In this document: piece by piece, positions 8,560-21,301 of the stretch
Position numbering within the stretch: the first letter of the stretch is position 1
Layout of the letters: each line of letters starts with the position of its first letter
Assembly: GCA_003695625.1 (NCBI GenBank)
Contig: RFIB01000052.1
Coordinates: forward strand, 1-46,444
Direction: 5' to 3'
DNA: 46,444 nucleotides
DNA from: Acidobacteriota bacterium
GTDB lineage: Bacteria > Acidobacteriota > Polarisedimenticolia > J045
Position numbers and translations under genes: made by a program
The notes under the pieces: model-generated
The model's input: the letters and a program-made list of their open reading frames with translations, nothing else
Databases searched by the model: none
Told to the model about the DNA's origin: nothing

Positions 8560-9231
8560 ATGGACGATCCGCCGGGGCCGGCGACGAAGCTCCGCTACGG
8601 CGCCGATTACCGCGAGAAGGTCGAGCTGGAGGACGGCAGCGAGGTCTGGCTGCGACCGATCCGCCCCGACGACAAGCAGCGGCTGCTCGAGGCGTTCTCG
8701 CGCCTGTCGGAGACGTCGCGCTACCAGCGGTTCCTGAGCGACCGCGTCACCCTCGACGAGAAGACGCTCCGGTTCCTGACCGAGGTCGACGGGTGGGATC
8801 ACGTCTGCCTCGTCGCGCTCGACGGTCCCGACGACGCGACCGCCCACGGACTCGCCTCGGCACGCTTCGTCCGCGACGCGGACGATCCGCAGGTCGCCGA
8901 GCCGGCCGTCACCGTGATCGACGAATGGCAGGGTCGCGGCCTCGGCCGGGCGCTGCTCGTGCGGCTGATGGAGGCGGCGCGCGAGCGCGGCGTGACGGTG
9001 TTCCGCTCGACGATCCTCGCGTCGAACGAGGCGATCCGGCGCCTGGTCGAGCAGGTCGGCGGCAAGGCGCGCGTGCAGCGCAAGGGTGAGCTGCTGATGA
9101 TCGAGTTCGACCTTCCGGAGGCGACGGAACTCGTGGCGGCCCGCTCGCCGGAGGATCAGTCGCGCTGGGACGCGATCCGCCGGTTCTTCAGGCTCGCGGC
9201 GAGCCGGATCCTGTCGGAACGCGCCGACTGA
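8560..9231 (+). CDS. GNAT family N-acetyltransferase, Pat-type (protein lysine acetyltransferase-like)
   Basis: LRPIRPDDKQRLLEAFSRLSETSRYQRFL matches the signature seen in Pat/PatZ-type GNAT domains. The acetyl-CoA loop WQGRGLGRAL is present. Confidence 0.7.
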   Translation: MDDPPGPATKLRYGADYREKVELEDGSEVWLRPIRPDDKQRLLEAFSRLSETSRYQRFLSDRVTLDEKTLRFLTEVDGWDHVCLVALDGPDDATAHGLASARFVRDADDPQVAEPAVTVIDEWQGRGLGRALLVRLMEAARERGVTVFRSTILASNEAIRRLVEQVGGKARVQRKGELLMIEFDLPEATELVAARSPEDQSRWDAIRRFFRLAASRILSERAD

Positions 9232-9518
9232 GCACCCGCGGGACGGCGGGCCGCACGGAGCGCGCGCCACGATCCGGCCACGTCGAGCGCCGCGGCCGAC
9301 GCGCGCTCGCTGCGGGGAAGCGCGCGATAGCGGTCGACGGCTCCGGGACCTCGCAGCAGTCGGGGCACGGCCGTCCGCGGCACGGCACGCGACGCTGCGG
9401 CGAGCTGCAGCGGCCGCGCGTCCGGCCGCGTCGGCGGTGCGCCGACCGCGACCCCGCACGGCACGACCAGCGCCAGGCAGGCGGCGGCGAGCATGCAGGT
9501 GCGGCGGGTGGCGGACAT
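9156..9518 (-). CDS. hypothetical small exported protein (weak call)
   Basis: ATG at 9518 lies 10 nt after GGAGG and opens a signal-like N-terminus (MSATRRTCMLAAACLALVVPCGVAVG). The rest is R/A-rich and low complexity, and the 3' end overlaps the GNAT gene by 76 nt. Confidence 0.3.
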   Translation of the reverse strand: MSATRRTCMLAAACLALVVPCGVAVGAPPTRPDARPLQLAAASRAVPRTAVPRLLRGPGAVDRYRALPRSERASAAALDVAGSWRALRAARRPAGAQSARSDRIRLAASLKNRRIASQRD

Positions 9519-9666
9519 CGCTGCGGGGCCTCCGGGGTCGCCGGTCGCATCCGGCACGACGTCCCTACGCAAGCTCCGTTCCAGCCGGTGGTCCGGACGG
9601 TGGCGGACCGCGGGAAACGTCGGCGGACCCGGTCCGCGACGGGACGGACCGGACGCTGTCCTGTTT

Positions 9667-9687
9667 CCGGACGCCGCTTGCGTCCGG
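9667..9687 (-). terminator. GC hairpin 14 nt downstream of the cupin stop (possible terminator without a U-tract)
   Basis: CCGGACGC (9667-9674) pairs with GCGTCCGG (9680-9687) around a 5-nt loop. No U-run follows on the minus-strand transcript. Confidence 0.25.
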
Positions 9688-9701
9688 ATCCGGGCCCGGC
9701 C

Positions 9702-10142
9702 TCAGACGCGGATGAAGGCCGCGATGCGCGGGTCGCGCCGCAGGCGCTCGAGGTCCGCCGGGCCGGGGCGCACCGGGCGGTCCCGCTCGCAGTCGACGAG
9801 GCACAGGAATCCGAGCGGCTCGTCGTCGGCACGGAACTGGTGCCACTCGTCCGGCCCGATCTCGAGCAGGTCGAACGGCGCGAGATCGACGATCCGGTCT
9901 CCGGCGAGCGCCCGGCCGCGCCCGCGCAGCACCATCACCGCGTGCGGATGCCGGTGCCGCTCGAGGGTCGAGTGGCCTCCCGGAGCGATCTCGAAATAGC
10001 GCAGCTGGGCACCGAGGCCCCCGGGGCCATCGAACAGGACCTGGCGGGTGATCCCGCGGAAGTGCGTTCCCGCCGGCTTGTAGTCGCGCAGCTCGACGCC
10101 GTCCCACCGGTAGTCGCCCAGACTGCGGCGATGGCGGCTCAT
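9702..10142 (-). CDS. cupin-domain protein (146 aa)
   Basis: The cupin core GGHSTLERHRHPHAVMVLRGRG...EWHQF (His-rich metal motifs) is present. ATG at 10142 overlaps the RLP stop (ATGA). Confidence 0.7.
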   Translation of the reverse strand: MSRHRRSLGDYRWDGVELRDYKPAGTHFRGITRQVLFDGPGGLGAQLRYFEIAPGGHSTLERHRHPHAVMVLRGRGRALAGDRIVDLAPFDLLEIGPDEWHQFRADDEPLGFLCLVDCERDRPVRPGPADLERLRRDPRIAAFIRV

Positions 10143-11251
10143 GGTCCGGTTCCTCCCTCGCCGGCGGATCGCGCCGCCTCGACGAACGCGCGCGTGCGCT
10201 CGACGAGCTCCTCCGGTCCGACGTGCAGGCTGCCGCCGATCAGCAGCATGACGTCGGGGCCGAGATCCCGGGCGAGTTCCGGCACGCGCTCGAGCGTCAT
10301 GCCGCCGGCCGGCACCGGCAGGGCGGGGCGCAGCGGCGGCCACGCGCCCCGCGCACCGTCGAGCAGACGCGTGACCTGGTCGTCGCTCCACGCGAACCGC
10401 CCGGCCACGTGAGGGTAGATCGTCGCGTCGGCCCCGAACAGCCGGAACAGTCTGCCGACGAGCAGCTCCGGCGCGATGGCCGACGATCCGGCGAGTGCCG
10501 GATGCGCGAGCACCGGTCCGTCCCACAGGCGGCGGGCGATGCGGTGGAACGCTGCCGGACCGATCAGCATCGGGCAGCACAGCACGGCGTCCGCGCCGGC
10601 CTGCCGCGCCTGGTCGAGCTGGTGCTCGATCGCGGCCCCGTCGCCGACGACGTGCGGAGCGTAGCGGGTCCGCCGGCCGGTCCGCTGCGCGACCCTGTCC
10701 AGCGCCGCGCAGACCGCGGCGACCCGCTCCGCGAACGGACAGAACGGATGATCGCCGAGTCCGTGGTCGTCCTTGACCAGATCGATGCCGCCGAGCGCGA
10801 GCTGCTCGGCCAGCGCCGCCAGCTCGTCGGGGCCCAGCCCGAGCGGCTTGAGGGCGCTGGCGGTCAGCGGGCCGTCCGGCACGTCGCACAGCGCGCGCAG
10901 GCCGGCGACGCCATGGCGCGGACCGCCGAATCCGATGCGAAGCTCCTCGGGAATCCCGACGTCGACGAGCCGCACGTCCCCGAGCAGCGACGCGTTGCCG
11001 AACAGCAGATTCAGCAGCCCCGCGGCGTCGAGGGCCGAGAGCGCCGCGTCGAACGCCAGCTCGACCGCGAACGCGCCGTCGGGCAGCGGTTCGATCGACA
11101 GGATCCGCGGGATGACCCGCTCGCGAATCCGCGGATCGCGGACCGCCGCGTCGGGCAGCTCGACGCTCTGCTCGAGCGCGAGCGCCTCGGCGCGGGCCTG
11201 CGCCTCCGCGGGGGCCACGTCGAGGCGATAGCGGGCGACGATCGGATCCAT
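10139..11251 (-). CDS. RuBisCO-like protein (form IV RLP), compact 370 aa
   Basis: LALGGIDLVKDDHGL aligns with the RuBisCO large-subunit GGxDxxKDDE motif. LKPLGLG, HPALAGS, VPAGGM and LLIGGSLH align with the KPKLG, His294 and phosphate-site motifs. The start is MDPIVARY at 11251; the upstream 388 codons of ORF 10139..12415 are a shadow frame. Confidence 0.8.
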   Translation of the reverse strand: MDPIVARYRLDVAPAEAQARAEALALEQSVELPDAAVRDPRIRERVIPRILSIEPLPDGAFAVELAFDAALSALDAAGLLNLLFGNASLLGDVRLVDVGIPEELRIGFGGPRHGVAGLRALCDVPDGPLTASALKPLGLGPDELAALAEQLALGGIDLVKDDHGLGDHPFCPFAERVAAVCAALDRVAQRTGRRTRYAPHVVGDGAAIEHQLDQARQAGADAVLCCPMLIGPAAFHRIARRLWDGPVLAHPALAGSSAIAPELLVGRLFRLFGADATIYPHVAGRFAWSDDQVTRLLDGARGAWPPLRPALPVPAGGMTLERVPELARDLGPDVMLLIGGSLHVGPEELVERTRAFVEAARSAGEGGTGP

Positions 11252-11256
11252 CGCGG

Positions 11257-12237
11257 TCAGCTCTCCCGCGGCGCGCCGCCGGGCGGGGACGCCACGAACA
11301 CCTGGACGACGTACAGCCGGCCTTCGTCGTCCTGCGCCGTGCCGATCCCCGTGCGTTCGACGGTCTCGTCGAGCAGGTTGCGGCGATGGCCGGGGCTGGC
11401 GAGCCATCCGGAGACCGCCTCCTCGACCGGGTCGAGCGTCCCTTCGATCAGCGCCAGATTCTCGGACGCGACGCGGTAGCCGATTCCCGCGCGCTGCAGG
11501 CGGTCGCCGAGCGTCGCGCCGTCCGCACCCCGATGGTCGAGCACGCCGCGCCGCGCCAGGTCGCGGGCATGCCCGCCGGCCACGGCGTCGAGCCGGGGGT
11601 CGCGTTGCAGGGCGGGCACACCACGCTGCCGGCGCGCGGCATCGACGGCGGCGGCGATCCCGTCCGCGAGCGCGGCCAGTTCCCGGTCGTCGAAGAGGCC
11701 GCCGGCGCGCGGGGTGAACGCGTCCGCCGGCGCCGCGGCGAGCGCGACGACGACGACGATCCAGCCGTCCGGGGCGCGCGCCGCGCCGACCGCGCCGGCC
11801 CGCGTCCGCGGCGAGAGCGCCAGCGCCCAGGTGTCCTCGAGGGCGCGCAGCAGGCGGAGCGACTCCGCGACCGGGTCGTCGACGTCGCGCAGCAGCAGGA
11901 CCTTCTCCACGTCGCGGCCGGCACGGGGAAGTCCGGCGAGCGCAAGCCAGCGTCCGGGGCGGGCCGGGTGGCGGAGCCGTTCGCGGTGGGCGAGCCGTGC
12001 GAGCTCGAGCGCGCGCTCCCGCGCGGCCGCGCGCAGCGTGTCGTCCGACCGCAGCGCCTCGACGCCCCGGTGCCGGCGCGCCGCATCGATCCGCTCGAGC
12101 ACGGCGCCCGCCAGGTCGTCGAGCGGGCGCGGCGGAATCGGCCGTGCCGGAGTGCCCGCGACGAACGCCACGAGCACCGCGGGCACCGCGAGGGCGCGGC
12201 GGGCGGCGAGCGCGGGGATCCGGCGCGGCCCGATCAT
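11257..12237 (-). CDS. exported tandem CAP/SCP (YkwD-like) domain protein
   Basis: The signal/anchor is MIGPRRIPALAARRALAVPAVLVAFVAG. The C-terminal domain carries the CAP signature GWLASPGHRRNLLD...TGIG. The N-terminal half is a second, more divergent CAP-like repeat. ATG at 12237 overlaps the upstream stop (ATGA). Confidence 0.7.
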   Translation of the reverse strand: MIGPRRIPALAARRALAVPAVLVAFVAGTPARPIPPRPLDDLAGAVLERIDAARRHRGVEALRSDDTLRAAARERALELARLAHRERLRHPARPGRWLALAGLPRAGRDVEKVLLLRDVDDPVAESLRLLRALEDTWALALSPRTRAGAVGAARAPDGWIVVVVALAAAPADAFTPRAGGLFDDRELAALADGIAAAVDAARRQRGVPALQRDPRLDAVAGGHARDLARRGVLDHRGADGATLGDRLQRAGIGYRVASENLALIEGTLDPVEEAVSGWLASPGHRRNLLDETVERTGIGTAQDDEGRLYVVQVFVASPPGGAPRES

Positions 12238-12647
12238 CGCGCGGCCTCGCGCAGCCGGGCCGTGGCGCGGTCGCGGTGTGCCGCGGCCGCCGCCTCGCGC
12301 GTTTGCGCCCGCCGCGTCCAGACGTGCACGTAGACCTGCAGCACGACGTAGAACAGGGCGGCGCCCGCGACGAGCGGGGCGAGCACCGCGGCGGCCTGCC
12401 GCCGGTCCCAGGCAAGCAGGATCAGCGCCAGGCCGGCCGCCGTGGCCAGCAGCGGCCGCACCAGCGACCAGCCGAACCGCCGGAGCCACAGTTCCTCGGC
12501 TCGGGCCAGCCAGCGGCGTCGTTCGGCTTCGAGCGCCGCCTCGATCAGCGGGGCGACCTCGGACCGCCGACCCGGCGGAGCGATCCCGGCGAGCGCCTCG
12601 ACAAGTCGGTCCTCCCGCCGGTCGGGCTTCCCGCGTGCCCCGCTCAT
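12234..12647 (-). CDS. hypothetical 2-TM membrane protein
   Basis: Two hydrophobic spans are present (LVRPLLATAAGLALILLAW, VLAPLVAGAALFYVVLQVYV). ATGA overlaps at both ends (12644-12647 and 12234-12237) tie it into the operon. Confidence 0.55.
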   Translation of the reverse strand: MSGARGKPDRREDRLVEALAGIAPPGRRSEVAPLIEAALEAERRRWLARAEELWLRRFGWSLVRPLLATAAGLALILLAWDRRQAAAVLAPLVAGAALFYVVLQVYVHVWTRRAQTREAAAAAHRDRATARLREAAR

Positions 12648-12772
12648 CGCCGGGTGCGGTCCCCGTCGCGCCGCCCCGGCGAGCCGCGAAGGATGCGCGC
12701 GAAGCAGAAGCCGACGAGTCCGAGAACCCCCGCCCAGGTGATCGCCATGAACGCCAGCGCCCCCGCGCTCAT
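12644..12772 (-). CDS. 42-aa single-TM protein resembling the MetS small subunit of NSS methionine/alanine importers
   Basis: MSAGALAFMAITWAGVLGLVGFCFARILRGSPGRRDGDRTRR forms the last 42 codons of shadow ORF 12644..14620. Its ATG at 12772 overlaps the NSS stop (ATGA), and its stop overlaps the next ATG. Confidence 0.55.
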   Translation of the reverse strand: MSAGALAFMAITWAGVLGLVGFCFARILRGSPGRRDGDRTRR

Positions 12773-14646
12773 CGTGCCGCCTCCGCCGGGCGTCGCCTCC
12801 GGCCCTTCCAGGTCGCCCAGATCATGAACAGGAACGCCGCCGTGATCAGCGCCATGATCGCGCGCGTGATCCAGATCGCCCACGCCCGGTAGCGCACTTC
12901 GACGGCGAGCGTGACCTCGTGAGGGCGCAGCGTCTCGCCGGTCGCGGGGTCGTAGCGCGGTCCGAGCAGGCGCACGTAGCGATTGAGTCGCTCGAGGCCG
13001 ATCTCGTCGAGCACGTCGGGTTGCGTGCCGATCCGGTCGACGCCGATCGGGGAGGACGGATGGATCACGATCTCGAACCAGATCGGGATGTCCCGGTGCC
13101 GGCGCTCGACGGCCGCGCGCAGCCCGGCCTCGATCCGCTCGAGTTCCCGTGCCGCATCGCTGCCTTCGGGGGGGCGTTCGAGCCGGAAGCGGCCCGCGAA
13201 GCCCTTCACGTTGTCGAATCCGGCATGGATCCGCGGTGCGGGAATCAGCCGGTCGTGGATGATCGCGTCGAAGAACCAGGCGCCGAAGATCGCGAACAGG
13301 ACGAGGGGCGTGACGACGCGCATCACCCAGCGGTAGACGCCCGGGACACGGATCTCGGCGCCGCGGTGCATCTCCTTCCAGCCGCGATCGATGCCGAAGA
13401 TCCACGAGAAGATCACGACCTCGATCGTCGTGAACAGCACGAGGCCGATCGTCCCCGCCCAGAAGTCCATCTCGTCGAGAGCGCCGTAGCGGTAGTACAG
13501 GACGATCGGCACGCTGGCCAGCGCCCATACGACACCGAGCACCGCGGCCGAGACGGCCCGCGTCATGCGCATCTCGTCCTGGAAGAACGCCATCACCGGT
13601 TGCGCCACGGCGACCGAGGACGTGAACGCGGCGAAGAACAGCAGCAGGAACCACATGCTGCCGAACAGGTGCACACCGCCCATGCCGCGGAAGATCTCCG
13701 GCATCGAGACCATCCCGATCCGGAACGTCCCGCCGGCTGCGATCTCGGCGATGCGGTCCGGGCCGAAGTAGAGCGCCGCCGCCGGAATCGCGATCATGCT
13801 GCCGAACACGACCTCGACCAGCTCGTTGATCGACGCCGCCGTCAGGCCGGTCAGGACGACGTCGTCGTTCTCGCGCACGTACGAGCCGAAGCACTCGAGC
13901 GCGCCGTAGCCGATGGTCAGCGTGAAGAAGATCTGGCCCGCGGCCGCCATCCACACCTGCGGATCGGACAGCGCGGCGAAGTCCGGCCGCCACAGGAACT
14001 CGAGCCCGGCGAACGCCCCGGCTCCCTGGCCGAGGGTCCACGTGCCGAGCACGATGCAGAACAGGACCAGGATCGGGATCGCGACCTTGGCGAGCAGCTC
14101 GATCCCGCGACTCACGCCGCGCCAGAGCACCCAGACGTTGAGCGCCAGCGCGATGACGAGGAACAGCGCCGCGGTCCCCAGGCCGACGAAGTAGTTCTGG
14201 GTCGGCGCGTTGCCGAGAAACTCCTCGAAGAACACGCCGAGATCGACCGCGCGGTCCTCGTAGCGGCCGGTCAGCGAGAACCACGAGTACGCCAGACACC
14301 AGGCCTCGATATACGTGTAGTAGATCACGAAGACCAGCGGCAGCGCGACGCCGATCACGCCGACGTACTTGCCCCACGGGCGTCCCGTCATCACGTCGAA
14401 CATCCCCGGCGTGGTGCCATGGCCCGCGCGGCCCCCGATCCGTCCGACGGTCCATGCGATCCACATCGCCGGCAGCCCGAGCAGCAGCAGCGAGAGCACG
14501 TAGGGGATCATGAACGCGCCGCCGCCGTGATTGGCGGCCTGCCCGGGAAAGCGCAGCAGATTGCCGATGCCGACCGCGCTGCCCGCGGCGGCGAGGATCA
14601 CCCCGATCCGCGAGCCCCACTGTTCACGTCCACCCGCACCGCTCAC
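12769..14646 (-). CDS. sodium-dependent transporter, neurotransmitter:sodium symporter (NSS/SNF) family
   Basis: The TM1 signature is AAAGSAVGIGNLLRFP. About 12 TM spans are visible. GTG at 14646 is preceded by GGGAGGA. A ~125-aa hydrophilic insert sits between the last two TM spans. Confidence 0.85.
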   Translation of the reverse strand: MSGAGGREQWGSRIGVILAAAGSAVGIGNLLRFPGQAANHGGGAFMIPYVLSLLLLGLPAMWIAWTVGRIGGRAGHGTTPGMFDVMTGRPWGKYVGVIGVALPLVFVIYYTYIEAWCLAYSWFSLTGRYEDRAVDLGVFFEEFLGNAPTQNYFVGLGTAALFLVIALALNVWVLWRGVSRGIELLAKVAIPILVLFCIVLGTWTLGQGAGAFAGLEFLWRPDFAALSDPQVWMAAAGQIFFTLTIGYGALECFGSYVRENDDVVLTGLTAASINELVEVVFGSMIAIPAAALYFGPDRIAEIAAGGTFRIGMVSMPEIFRGMGGVHLFGSMWFLLLFFAAFTSSVAVAQPVMAFFQDEMRMTRAVSAAVLGVVWALASVPIVLYYRYGALDEMDFWAGTIGLVLFTTIEVVIFSWIFGIDRGWKEMHRGAEIRVPGVYRWVMRVVTPLVLFAIFGAWFFDAIIHDRLIPAPRIHAGFDNVKGFAGRFRLERPPEGSDAARELERIEAGLRAAVERRHRDIPIWFEIVIHPSSPIGVDRIGTQPDVLDEIGLERLNRYVRLLGPRYDPATGETLRPHEVTLAVEVRYRAWAIWITRAIMALITAAFLFMIWATWKGRRRRPAEAAR

Positions 14647-14693
14647 CCGTCACGTCCTCCCTGCCGCGGTCCATCGCCGAAGTCTCCGGGAAT

Positions 14694-15440
14694 TCAGGAC
14701 AGATGATCCCCGATCGGTTCCGCGCGCGCGATCGCGTCCCTGATCTCCCGTACCGCGTTCTCGAGGCCGATCAGCACCGCCCGGGCGATGATGCTGTGGC
14801 CGATGTTCAGCTCGACGACCTCGGGGATCTCCGCGATCGGGGTCACGTTGCGGACGGTCAGCCCGTGACCGGCCGCCACGGCGAGGCCCGCCTCGGACGC
14901 CCGGGTCGCGGCTGCGACGAGGGCGTCGTAGGCCTCCGCCTGCTCGGACGCCGTCGTCGCGATGCTGTAGGCGTTCGTGTTCAGCTCGATCATCGCCACG
15001 CCGATGTCGGCGGCCGCGTCGACCTGGGCCGGGACCGGGTCGATGAACAGGCTGCTCGCAATGCGCGAGCGGCGCAGGGCGGCAACATGCCTGGCGAGGG
15101 TGCGGCGATGGCGTGCCGCGTCGATGCCCCCTTCGGTCGTGACCTCGCCGGGACGCTCAGGGACGAGCGTCACGAGATCGGGCCGCACGCGACGCGCGAT
15201 CGACAGCATCTCCTCCGTCGCCGCCATCTCGACGTTGAGGCGTGTCGTGACGACGCGCCGCAGGCGATGCAGGTCCTCGTCCTGGATATGCCGGCGATCG
15301 CCGCGCAGGTGGCACGTGATGCCGTCGGCACCGGCAAGGTCGCAGAGCACCGCGGCGGCGACGGGGTCCGGTTCGGCCGCCCGCCGCGCCTGGCGCACGG
15401 TGGCGACGTGGTCGATGTTCACCGAAAGGCTGGCCGACAT
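14694..15440 (-). CDS. pdxJ: pyridoxine 5'-phosphate synthase
   Basis: LSVNIDHVATVRQAR, ITCHLRGDRRHI and the full-length (248 aa) layout match PdxJ. SD GAGGAGGA lies upstream. Confidence 0.9.
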   Translation of the reverse strand: MSASLSVNIDHVATVRQARRAAEPDPVAAAVLCDLAGADGITCHLRGDRRHIQDEDLHRLRRVVTTRLNVEMAATEEMLSIARRVRPDLVTLVPERPGEVTTEGGIDAARHRRTLARHVAALRRSRIASSLFIDPVPAQVDAAADIGVAMIELNTNAYSIATTASEQAEAYDALVAAATRASEAGLAVAAGHGLTVRNVTPIAEIPEVVELNIGHSIIARAVLIGLENAVREIRDAIARAEPIGDHLS

Positions 15441-15467
15441 GACGACCGGTCCTCCTCGACGGCACGC

Positions 15468-21200
<5,733 letters not shown>

Positions 21201-21301
21201 GGGATGCCTCCGGCTGGCGACACGGTCCCCTCGCGGCGGGCACCGGCCGCGCAAGCGGTCCACGTTACACAAGATCGCGCGACTGCGCAGCGCCCCTCGG
21301 G

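Noticed and set aside
10139-12415. Reading the RLP as a 758-aa protein, as the ORF track lists it.
   Set aside because: The first ~388 codons are R/A/P/G-rich. They overlap the CAP-domain and 2-TM genes, which are held in another frame by ATGA junctions. The RLP homology begins at MDPIVARY (11251).
12644-14620. 658-aa ORF overlapping the NSS transporter.
   Set aside because: It is a shadow frame, except for its last 42 codons, which I kept as the MetS-like micro-ORF.
14647-14693. A riboswitch (for example SAM) in front of the NSS/MetS-like operon.
   Set aside because: The gap between pdxJ and the transporter is only 47 nt and is mostly SD context, which is too short for any known riboswitch aptamer.
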